Source: an uncultured delta proteobacterium
Lineage (GTDB): Bacteria > Desulfobacterota > Binatia > JACPRU01
Length of the DNA: 64,000 bases
Reading direction: 5' to 3'
NCBI GenBank assembly: GCA_963745025.1
Contig: CAVUWD010000008.1
Location: 96,001 to 160,000 of the forward strand
Numbering within the stretch: the first letter of the stretch is position 1; each line of letters opens with the position of its first letter. Below are positions 54,524 through 62,751 of the stretch, one piece after another. The notes under the pieces are model-generated. The model made no database searches. It saw nothing but the letters and a program-made list of their open reading frames with translations, and was not told where the DNA came from. The translations under genes were made by a program, and so were the position numbers.

Positions 54524-55111
54524 ATGAACGGCCGGTTGCGGCTCCCTGCATTCTTGTTCTTCCTCGCCGCCTCGTGCGCGACGCCCCACCCCGCGCCGCC
54601 ACCGATCAGCCGGGGCCAGGTGATCGCCGTACTGCCGCCCAACAACCAGACCGGAAATCCGCTTTTCGTATCCGGCACCTCGTCCCTCGACCAGTCCGCC
54701 TTTGATGCCGAGCCCGTCACGGTCGGCGACCTGCTCGTGCGTGAAGCGCGCAGCCAGCTCGCGGGGCGTGGCTTCCGCGTGACGCCGGCAGAAACGGTGA
54801 ACGCGGCGGCCGAAGGACACGTGGCGCGCACCCCGCACGCGGCGGCGGAGATCGCCGCCCACGGTAAGCTCGATGGTCTGGCGCTCTACCTGGAGATCGA
54901 CCGGTGGGAGCCTGATGCCCCCGTTCACACCCAGCACGTCATCGTGGGCCTCTCGGCGAGCCTCGTCGACCCGCCAACCCGGAACGTCGTCTGGGAGTTC
55001 TATCGCCAGCCAGAGGCGGTTGCGACGCCAGGCGAGGTCACGCTCGAGGAGGTCTACGAGGCCGCAGCCCGGAAGGTCATCGCACAGGTCTTGGAGGGGT
55101 TTAGTCCGTAG
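54524..55111 (+). CDS. Lipoprotein, DUF799-like
   Basis: Lipobox AASC, IAVLPPNNQT. Confidence 0.7.
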   Translation: MNGRLRLPAFLFFLAASCATPHPAPPPISRGQVIAVLPPNNQTGNPLFVSGTSSLDQSAFDAEPVTVGDLLVREARSQLAGRGFRVTPAETVNAAAEGHVARTPHAAAEIAAHGKLDGLALYLEIDRWEPDAPVHTQHVIVGLSASLVDPPTRNVVWEFYRQPEAVATPGEVTLEEVYEAAARKVIAQVLEGFSP

Positions 55112-55172
55112 CGGCTATATGCGGCGGCCGAGGAGCGGTAGGCACCGGCGGCTCAACCGCAGGACGTTAAAC
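55105..55172 (+). other. Degenerate attC-like site
   Basis: gcggctcaaccgcaggacGTTAAAC right half; left half eroded. Confidence 0.45.
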
Positions 55173-55194
55173 GGTGGATGAAGCGAGGCGAGGC

Positions 55195-55228
55195 GTGAAC
55201 CCCTCTTCCCTGTGAACCCCTCTTCCCT
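55195..55228. repeat. 17-bp tandem duplication
   Basis: gtgaacccctcttccct x2. Confidence 0.8.
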
Positions 55229-55425
55229 TGCCTTCCGGCACGGGGCCTCCGTACGATCTTCGGTGGAGAACTCCGGTGTCGTCAGCTGATTCTGAGCGAA
55301 TCGCAGTTGGAGTAGCTGCTCTGCGCAGTCGCAACGGCAGGCGGGGCTCCATCGCGTGCGCGAGGCGCTTCGGCTTCGCCATCGGAGCCCGAAGATCAAG
55401 AAGGCCTACGCCGGCTGTGCACCCG

Positions 55426-55827
55426 GTGATTTCGAATGGATCCTATAAGGCTGGCGAGCCATCGCCTCGGGCCGATGGGCGAGCCGCGCGTGGCAGCCGC
55501 TGGTACGCTCTCGCCGTGGTCCTCGCCCTGCTGTTTGGCTGCGGCAAGTCGAGCACGCGCCCGACGGGCGGCACTGCGGCGGAACCCAAGCCGCAGGAAG
55601 AGACCAAGAGCACTGGCGCAATAAGCCCCGTCAACCGCGATCTGATGCGGGTCCAGCGCCGGCTGAAGGAGCTCGGCCACGATCCCGGCCCGATCGACGG
55701 CCGGTTAGGCCTACAGACGAAGGCTGCGCTGAAGGCCTTCCAAACGGACTACGGGCTGGCCGCGACGGGCGAGATCGACGCTGAGACGCGGGCGGCGCTC
55801 GGGCTCGGCAGGAAGGGACCGCCGTGA
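55426..55827 (+). CDS. Peptidoglycan-binding domain lipoprotein (start uncertain)
   Basis: LFGC; VQRRLKELGHDPGPIDG-LG-QT-AAL-AFQ. Confidence 0.82.
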   Translation: MISNGSYKAGEPSPRADGRAARGSRWYALAVVLALLFGCGKSSTRPTGGTAAEPKPQEETKSTGAISPVNRDLMRVQRRLKELGHDPGPIDGRLGLQTKAALKAFQTDYGLAATGEIDAETRAALGLGRKGPP

Positions 55828-56744
55828 GCATGCGCTGCGTTCGCTGCGCGATCGACCACCCTGACGACAAGCGATTATGTATGGCCTGCGGCGATCCGCT
55901 GGCCTCGACCGATGAAACGAGTCCGCCGTTTCCGCGCTGCTCCAACTGCGGCGATGCGGTCTCCGCCACCGACCATTTCTGTCCCGGATGCGGCACGCGC
56001 CACGGTGACGAGCCGCTAACCGCGCCCGCGGCTAGCGCACCTCCTACTCGAGAGTTCGTGCTTTGTCCCGCCTGCAGCGGGCACGCGTCCCTCACCGACC
56101 GGATCTGCGATCTTTGCGGCGCTGATCTGACGCGGGACCAGCCGCCCGGCGACTCCGAAGAGGCTCTGTTCGCGATTCTGCGGCGCCGGGACGAGAAACG
56201 CCGTGAGCTACGCCGTGCGAACAGGTTCGGGGTGGTCTCGGCGCTCGTCCTGGCGCTGCTTCTCGCCCTCGGTGTCAACGTGTACCGCTCGCGCGGCGGG
56301 CGCGTCGCGGTGGCTCCAGTGCCTTCCGCCACTTCGCAGCTAGCGATCGGCCAGGTCGCCACGGCGGACGACATCGGCATCAAGATCGCCGGCGCGGGAG
56401 CAGCCGACCCGGGGCGGTCCGAGGCGGTGATCAGGCACACCGTCGAGCAGCATTTCGCCGAGCTGCAGCAGAGCTATCTCAGCGCACTGGAGACCGATTC
56501 CAACGCCGAGGGCGTGGTGACGCTGCACATGACGGTCGCCGCCGACGGCACGGTCGCGTACGTGCGCTCGACTCCTCTCGGGCTCGCCGACCGCGGGTTC
56601 GTCACAATCGTCGAGCGGCAGGCTGCGGCCTGGCGCTTCGTTCCTTTCCGGGTGGGGCTGGTGAGCGTGCACTATCCGCTGGTCTTCCACCTAGGGAAGA
56701 CCGACCCGCACGAGCTCGTCCTCCGCCTGCGAGAGTCGAGTTGA
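55824..56744 (+). CDS. Zinc-ribbon, TM and TonB-C/AgmX-PglI-like C-terminal protein
   Basis: Six CxxC motifs, TM helix, G-V-L-MTVAADGTV...W-F...YPLVF. Confidence 0.75.
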   Translation: MSMRCVRCAIDHPDDKRLCMACGDPLASTDETSPPFPRCSNCGDAVSATDHFCPGCGTRHGDEPLTAPAASAPPTREFVLCPACSGHASLTDRICDLCGADLTRDQPPGDSEEALFAILRRRDEKRRELRRANRFGVVSALVLALLLALGVNVYRSRGGRVAVAPVPSATSQLAIGQVATADDIGIKIAGAGAADPGRSEAVIRHTVEQHFAELQQSYLSALETDSNAEGVVTLHMTVAADGTVAYVRSTPLGLADRGFVTIVERQAAAWRFVPFRVGLVSVHYPLVFHLGKTDPHELVLRLRESS

Positions 56745-56950
56745 CCCGTGGCGGGGGCTGAGCGGCAGGCGGGATCTCCCCGGCGGTTTCGGGGTCAGAA
56801 CCATGTCTCGGTCGAAGACTCCGATGATCGTCGCCTTCGCCTTCGGCACGGCCCTTTTCACGGCGCGGCGTAGATCGTGTTAATAGCTGCGCAGCTAGTC
56901 GGGCCGGATCGTCGAGAGGCGGCTACCGAAGGCGAGTCCGAGTGAGCGTC

Positions 56951-57511
56951 CTACGCTCTTGGCGCTGCGGAGGCGGCCACCTCGAGCGACGGCACAAGCA
57001 GGTCCTCGAGAAAGAATGCGGCCAGCTCCGCCCGACCGGCGAGCCCCGCTTTCGCGTACACCGCGAGCGCCTGCTGCCGGACGGTGCGCTCGCCCGCACC
57101 GCGCACGGCGGCAACCTCCTTGAAAGTCAACCCCTTCAGCAAGAGGAACGCGACCTCCTTCTCCGCCGGGGTCAGCTGCCATTCATCGAGCTGGCGATCG
57201 ATCGCAGCCGAGAGTCCGCGGAGCACGTCGGCATGTCGCGCCCGCCAATGCTCGGCTTCCGCTCTCGCCCGCTCGATCGAGCCGCCGGCTTCGGACAGTC
57301 GCGTCCGCACCTGGAGGTAGCGGATCCAGAGACGCGCGACTCCGAGTGCCGCGAGGGCGGCGACCGCGAGCTCGATCGCCAGGTGCAGCGGCGAGCCGCC
57401 GCTCTCCCAGTCGCCGGCCGCATCCGCGAACATGAGCAGCGCCACCGCCGCGAGGATCACGGTCACGACCAGCCGGCTGCTGAGCGAGAACCGTTCCCCG
57501 TCGTCCGTCAT
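56951..57511 (-). CDS. Membrane-anchored LuxR-type HTH regulator
   Basis: Two TMs; LTPAEKEVAFLLLKGL-FKEVA...VYAK. Confidence 0.88.
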   Translation of the reverse strand: MTDDGERFSLSSRLVVTVILAAVALLMFADAAGDWESGGSPLHLAIELAVAALAALGVARLWIRYLQVRTRLSEAGGSIERARAEAEHWRARHADVLRGLSAAIDRQLDEWQLTPAEKEVAFLLLKGLTFKEVAAVRGAGERTVRQQALAVYAKAGLAGRAELAAFFLEDLLVPSLEVAASAAPRA

Positions 57512-57608
57512 CCGCCCGATGTCTCCGCGAATCGGCCCTTGTACGTCACTTGACGGATGGATCGTGTGCCCACCCGGCCGCATAATCCGCGGCAAGGAGG
57601 ATTACCCT

Positions 57609-58151
57609 ATGCTCAGCATCTCACCCGCGCAAGTTCACCTTGCCCTCAATCACCTGCCGGTCGTCGGCGCCTTGCTCGCCTCGGCCGTGCTCGCGCTCGC
57701 GGCGCTCGTCAGACACGCGCCGCTGCGCCACTTCGGGCTCGGTTTGCTCGTGTTCGCGATGGTCGCCGCGCTGCCCGTGTACTTCAGCGGCGAGCCGGCG
57801 GAAAAACGCATCGAGCACCTACCGGCCGTCTCGGAGCAGACGATCGAGCATCACGAGGACGCCGCGCTCACGGCGCTCATCGCGATTCTCGTGGGTGGCT
57901 CGATCGCCGGTGCGGCGCTGCTCGCGGCCGGTATGCGGCGAGACAAGGCGGCGCAGGCGCTCTTCGCGCTCGCCCTCGTCTCGTCCGTCACCGCGACGGC
58001 GCTGCTCGCCCGCGCAGCCCACCTCGGAGGGCAGATCCGTCACGACGAGCTCCGCGCGCCGACTGACGCGGGCGCACGCCTCGAGTCCGGGCACGGAAGC
58101 TCGCGAACGCCGGCCAGCGCGGCGCGCACTGACGACGACGATGACGATTGA
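57609..58151 (+). CDS. His-containing membrane protein (DUF2231-like)
   Basis: HLALNHLPVVG, IEHHED, HLGGQIRH. Confidence 0.75.
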   Translation: MLSISPAQVHLALNHLPVVGALLASAVLALAALVRHAPLRHFGLGLLVFAMVAALPVYFSGEPAEKRIEHLPAVSEQTIEHHEDAALTALIAILVGGSIAGAALLAAGMRRDKAAQALFALALVSSVTATALLARAAHLGGQIRHDELRAPTDAGARLESGHGSSRTPASAARTDDDDDD

Positions 58152-58164
58152 AGGCGATCAGGAT

Positions 58165-58336
58165 GCTGCGGGGCCGGTCCCTACTTCCAGGCTTCATCGA
58201 CGCTCACTGCCAGATCGCGTTTCTCGGAACCTTCCTTGGGGGCATCAACTGCAATACGCCCGGCATGGAGTCTGTCGAGAGGATCGTGGCTGCAATCCGA
58301 GATCGAGCCGTTGATCCCTCTGACGGCGAAGCCTAA
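58165..58336 (+). pseudogene. Amidohydrolase fragment
   Basis: GRSLLPGFIDAH. Confidence 0.7.
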
Positions 58337-58348
58337 AGTTCGCCTGTC

Positions 58349-58532
58349 ATGTACGAGCGAATCCTCCGGCGGATGCGCCAGAAGGTCCGCGCCGCCCTGG
58401 ACTACGTGGTAACGACGCACGCGGAAGAAGAGATGAAACGACGACGATCTCACCATTCTCGATATCGAGCACGCGATCTTGAGTGGTAAGATTCTTGAGC
58501 GGCAACGCGATGCCGAGATCCCGGGTCGTTGA
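58349..58532 (+). pseudogene. DUF4258-like protein, frameshifted and truncated
   Basis: YVVTTHAEEEM / DDDLTILDIEHAILSG-I-ERQRD. Confidence 0.65.
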
Positions 58533-58710
58533 TATGGCGGGTCCTGTCAATTGCTGGCAGTAATCCCGCCTCACGGATCCGTGAGTTTCTATGGTCGTCG
58601 AGACGCGCTTTTCGGCGGCGCCGTGTTCTAGCGACGATTGATCCTGCTGCCATGGACCTGCCTCCTTGCATTGTGGCTCTGTGCTCGAGAGCCGGTTCAC
58701 ACAACCGCGA

Positions 58711-58775
58711 GCATAACCCACGGCCTGCAGGAGGCAGTCCTCTTTAGCTCTCAACCATCCTGTCTAGGCCGCTTC
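58711..58775 (+). other. Degenerate attC / start of antiporter cassette
   Basis: gcataac...ctcaacc...taggccgcttc; last 11 nt complement gaagcggccta at the cassette end. Confidence 0.5.
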
Positions 58776-58804
58776 GACCCCGTCCACTTTTCTTTGCTAC
58801 CACC

Positions 58805-60034
58805 GTGCACCACGAAACCACACTGATCGCCACCATCGCTGTTAGTCTAGCCTTTGCCCTCGCCGGAGGCTTCATCGCTATCCGGCTGCGCCTGCCGTCT
58901 CTCGTCGGCTACTTACTGGCTGGCGTTGCTGTTGGGCCGTTCACTCCAGGGTTTGTCGCCGACGCGAAGCTTGCGCCACAACTGGCTGAGATCGGGGTCG
59001 TACTACTCATGTTTGGTGTCGGGATGCACATCTCGGTGCGCGACCTTTTGGCGGTTCGCGCGATAGCGGTGCCCGGTGCGGTTGTTCAGATCGCGGCAGC
59101 GACGGCGCTTGGTGTCGGTGTCGCTTTGCTGTGGGGCTGGTCGTTGGGCGCCGGTCTTGTCTTTGGGCTGTCCCTCTCGGTGGCCAGCACGGTCGTGCTC
59201 CTCCGTGCGCTCGGGGCATGGGGCATCCTGGACTCGAGCAATGGCCGCGTGGCGGTCGGCTGGCTCGTCGTCGAAGACCTCGTGATGGTTCTTACACTCG
59301 TGTTGCTCCCAGCGTTAGCAGGGTCGCTTGGCGGACAGCCGTCCAGCCACGCCAACGTTGGCACCGCATCACAGAATCTGTTGGCTATAGTAGCTCTGAC
59401 CTTTGGCAAGGTGGCGGCGTTTATCGTCCTGATGCTGCTGGTTGGCACGCGCGTCTTTCCGTGGTTGCTCGAGCGGATCGAGGAGACTGGGTCGCGAGAG
59501 CTGTTCACACTCGCCGTGGTTGCTCTCGCTTTGGGCGTCGCCTTCGGCTCGGCGGAGCTCTTCGGGGTATCGTTTGCTCTCGGAGCTTTCTTTGCCGGCG
59601 TGGTTATCAACGAGTCTGATTTGAGCCACCGCGCGGCAACCGATTTGCGGCCTTTGGAGGACGCCTTCGCCGTCCTCTTCTTCGTGGCGGTCGGTATGCT
59701 CTTCGACCCAAGCATCCTGCTGCGTCAGCCCCTTCAAGTTGTTACGGTCGTCGCAATCATTGTTCTCGGCAAGTCAGTAGCCGCTGGGGCCATCGTGTTG
59801 GCGTTCCGGTACCCTCTCGATGCGGCGCTGACGGTTTCCGCGGCGCTGGCGCAGATCGGCGAGTTCTCTTTTATCCTCGCTGCGCTGGGCGTCAGCCTCG
59901 GGCTCCTGCCAGCGGAGGCGCACAACCTGATCGTGGCGGGTGCGCTCGTCTCGATCACCGTTAATCCGCTTCTCTTTTCCGCAATCGCCAACGTGTACCC
60001 CGGGAAGCGGCCTCCTAAGAAACAACGACAGTAG
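58805..60034 (+). CDS. CPA2 cation:proton antiporter (YbaL/KefC-like membrane domain)
   Basis: GPFTPG, AEIGVVLLMFGVG, LSVASTVV, AQIGEFSFIL; last codons derive from the IS. Confidence 0.92.
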   Translation: MHHETTLIATIAVSLAFALAGGFIAIRLRLPSLVGYLLAGVAVGPFTPGFVADAKLAPQLAEIGVVLLMFGVGMHISVRDLLAVRAIAVPGAVVQIAAATALGVGVALLWGWSLGAGLVFGLSLSVASTVVLLRALGAWGILDSSNGRVAVGWLVVEDLVMVLTLVLLPALAGSLGGQPSSHANVGTASQNLLAIVALTFGKVAAFIVLMLLVGTRVFPWLLERIEETGSRELFTLAVVALALGVAFGSAELFGVSFALGAFFAGVVINESDLSHRAATDLRPLEDAFAVLFFVAVGMLFDPSILLRQPLQVVTVVAIIVLGKSVAAGAIVLAFRYPLDAALTVSAALAQIGEFSFILAALGVSLGLLPAEAHNLIVAGALVSITVNPLLFSAIANVYPGKRPPKKQRQ

Positions 60035-60038
60035 GGGT

Positions 60039-61436
60039 TTATAATTGCACGAGTTGGAAGCCGAGAGAGGCGGCGCGCTTGGAGAGAGAGCGGACGGTGC
60101 GCTCGCGGAATTTGAGTTCGTAGTAATCGATGCCGAGATCTTTGTAGGGTTGGCGGTGCTTCCACATTCGGTAGAAGATGCGCGAGAGCTTGTGGGCGGT
60201 GGCGGTGATGGCCTTGGGGGGCCCGAGTCGGGCGCGCATGCGGCGATGAAAGGCACCCAGAGCGGTGTGGCTGTTGCCGGCAGACTGAGCGGCTCGGCGT
60301 AAGGCAGTGGCCACACGGTTGGAGGCTTTTCGGGTCTTGGAGCTTTTCACTTCTCCTCCGGTGACACGGTTGTCGGGGCACAGCGCAAGCCAGGAGGCGA
60401 AGTGCTTCTCGGAGGGAAACTTCGAGGGATCGAGGCCGACCTCGGAAAGGATGGTCTGCACGGTGAGGGCATCGAACCCCGTGATGGCGGTGAAGTCGAC
60501 GCCTGAGATTCGATAGAGGTGGGTGCGCAGGTCGAAGCCAGCCTCGTTGCGCTGGGGCTTGCGGTGGGTGGCCTTGGGTTGTCCCAGGGGCGTGAGAGCA
60601 GGGTCGACTTGGGTGTCGAAGCCGCCCAGGCATTGCTCGATCCGCAGGTCGCAGTCGGCAATCATGCTGCGGTAGGTGTCATAGAGCGAGAGGCATTGCT
60701 CAAGTGCGAAGAGGTGCTCGGGTCGGTAGTCGCCCTGGAGGGATTGGGCGATGCGCTCGGAGGTGCTCTTGATGCGATGATCGCGCATCGCGGCCAGAAG
60801 CTGTGGATCTCGCTCACCGGCGAGGATGGAGCGAATGATTCTCATGCCGCTGACGCCGGTGATGTCACTGATGACCTTGTGAAGCTGGATGTTCATCTGG
60901 GTCAGGGCCTTCTGCATGCGCTGCACGTGAGCGGCCGCGTCGCGGATGAGAGTATCGCGCTGGCGGATGTAGCTGCGCAGCACGCAGGTCTGATCGTCGG
61001 GACGAAACGATCCCGAGAGTAGACCAAAGGTGTGCAGCTGCTGGAGCCACTGGCAGTCCTGGATGTCGCTCTTTCTGCCGGGCAGGTTTTTGACGTGGCG
61101 GGCGTTGACGAGCTTGACCTCGAAGCCGCGCGTCTCGAGGATCTGAAAGAGCGGGATCCAGTAGACTCCGGTGGATTCCATGACCACGGTGTCGACTCCG
61201 CACTGCTCGAGCCAGTCAGCCAGACGGTGCAAATCGGCGGTGAAGCACTCGAAGCGGCGCACGGGCTGCGGATCGCGGTCCTCGGGAACCGCCACGTAGT
61301 GCTCGGCGGATCCGACATCGATGCCGGCGGCGTTGAGGTGCACAGCCTTGAGGCTCGCGGGCAACCCCGTTCCTCGCGCGACGCTCTTTCTCTTTCGGCC
61401 TGCGCCGGGTTTGATAGACTCCTTCATCGAGTACAC
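60039..61436 (-). CDS. IS110 DEDD recombinase/transposase
   Basis: AGIDVGS, MESTGVYW, KSDIQD, FASWLALCP. Confidence 0.95.
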   Translation of the reverse strand: MYSMKESIKPGAGRKRKSVARGTGLPASLKAVHLNAAGIDVGSAEHYVAVPEDRDPQPVRRFECFTADLHRLADWLEQCGVDTVVMESTGVYWIPLFQILETRGFEVKLVNARHVKNLPGRKSDIQDCQWLQQLHTFGLLSGSFRPDDQTCVLRSYIRQRDTLIRDAAAHVQRMQKALTQMNIQLHKVISDITGVSGMRIIRSILAGERDPQLLAAMRDHRIKSTSERIAQSLQGDYRPEHLFALEQCLSLYDTYRSMIADCDLRIEQCLGGFDTQVDPALTPLGQPKATHRKPQRNEAGFDLRTHLYRISGVDFTAITGFDALTVQTILSEVGLDPSKFPSEKHFASWLALCPDNRVTGGEVKSSKTRKASNRVATALRRAAQSAGNSHTALGAFHRRMRARLGPPKAITATAHKLSRIFYRMWKHRQPYKDLGIDYYELKFRERTVRSLSKRAASLGFQLVQL

Positions 61437-61660
61437 CTCCTTGGAGTTGGGATGTGCTCGGGCCGGGTGGGTCGAAGGTGAGAAATCTCCTAAACGGGAT
61501 AACCCTCCGTGCGAGGGAGGGCTTCACCAATGAAACAACCGCAAGCCCCCCGGAACCATGCTAACCCACGGGCGCGAAGGCACCATTGGCGCTACGGTCT
61601 TAGCTACCCGAGCACATCCCGGTGTACTCGACGCACACCGGCGCAGCAAAGACACTCAGG
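61437..61660 (-). ncRNA. Predicted bridge/seek RNA
   Basis: 14-bp closing stem 61449-61462/61607-61620; motifs matching target and donor; boundaries approximate. Confidence 0.7.
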
Positions 61661-61702
61661 TTTCTTCCATCAACAACACCGCGCCTCGCGCGGGGTCAAA
61701 TG

Positions 61703-61795
61703 CTAACACGGCGTTGGAACGGCCCCGCGCATGAACGGCGAGTCATCAAGGCGAGCCGCGGTGGGCGCGAGCCGCTCAACCTTCGGTCGTTGATA
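61703..61795 (+). other. Integron attC site, split by IS110 in R''
   Basis: (gc)CTAAC...gttg(g)aacggc/gccgctcaac...GTTGATA. Confidence 0.8.
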
Positions 61796-62010
61796 TGGCT
61801 GACCCGACACACCCCTCTGGAGGTACCGTGGACGAGATCGAACTAGCCCAAGAACTTGCTACAGAGCTGGGTTGGAGTATCCAGGCCACCTATCCTGGGC
61901 TTCGAGCGGTCCACGCCCTCGGACGCGCCATCGACGCCGCACGCACGATCCACCTCCGCCCCGCCGGCCTGGTCGGCCGTCAGGGGCGGTTCACGCCTGC
62001 CTGACCGGGC

Positions 62011-62460
62011 TCAGGACTCGATCAGCTCGATCCGCACCTTCGCCACGCCGCGACGGACCATACCGAGGACGCGGGCCGCGCCGTAGGACAGGTCGATCGC
62101 GCGGCGGTAACGGTACGGCCCCCGGTCGTTGATCGTCACCAGGACCGAGCGGCCGTTGCGCAGGTTCGTCACCCGCACCTTGCTGCCGAGGGGCAGGGTC
62201 GGGTGGGCGCCGGTCAGGTCCTGCGGGTCGAACTCCTCGCCACTGGCGGTACGCCGGCGCGCGAACTCCTGACCGTACCAGGATGCCTGTCCGATCTGGG
62301 CCCCGTCCGTCGGCAGCTCATCCGCACGAGCAGGCGGGGCGAACGCCAGCAGGGTGACGAACGCAACCCAGGCGCAAACGCACCGTAACGCGAGCCGCTG
62401 GCCGGCATCGAAGTAGGGACCGGAGTTTGCTCCGAGGCCCCCGGACGAGGCAGTTTGCAT
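62011..62460 (-). CDS. rlpA: RlpA-family lytic transglycosylase (DPBB domain)
   Basis: GQASWYG, TASGE, AHPTLPLG, INDRGPY, IDLS. Confidence 0.93.
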   Translation of the reverse strand: MQTASSGGLGANSGPYFDAGQRLALRCVCAWVAFVTLLAFAPPARADELPTDGAQIGQASWYGQEFARRRTASGEEFDPQDLTGAHPTLPLGSKVRVTNLRNGRSVLVTINDRGPYRYRRAIDLSYGAARVLGMVRRGVAKVRIELIES

Positions 62461-62476
62461 CGTTGGGCTCCTTGAA

Positions 62477-62597
62477 CGCCGGCGAAGTTAGCTGACGGGT
62501 TCGGGCTCAAAGAGCGTAGCCCGTCCGGGTCCGTTGCCGCGACCCGGATTAGCCCCAAGACGCTGGGTCCTCCGCTCCCCTTCCGGGGATTAGGCGC
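62477..62597 (-). promoter_or_regulatory. c-di-AMP (ydaO/yuaA) riboswitch
   Basis: Minus strand: aatcc...ggaggaccca...ttggggctaatcc...cccgaacccgtcagctaacttcg, matching family hallmarks. Confidence 0.88.
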
Positions 62598-62751
62598 GTA
62601 TTATGGGCGCTATTGCCGCAAAGCTGGGACCCCGTCAACGCCCGTGGAGGATGAACCTGGGCGCGTCCGGCGTAAATTGAGCTTATTCAGCCCCTTAGCG
62701 TGCGGTCGAGGAACCCGTCGGTCTCCCGAGTGTGCGGGGCAGGCGCGATCG

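Larger units (their letters stand above)
60014..61702 (-). mobile_element. IS110-family element copy 2, full length
   Basis: No terminal IRs; flanked by CT at 60012-60013 and 61703-61704; 266-bp upstream non-coding region. Confidence 0.95.
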
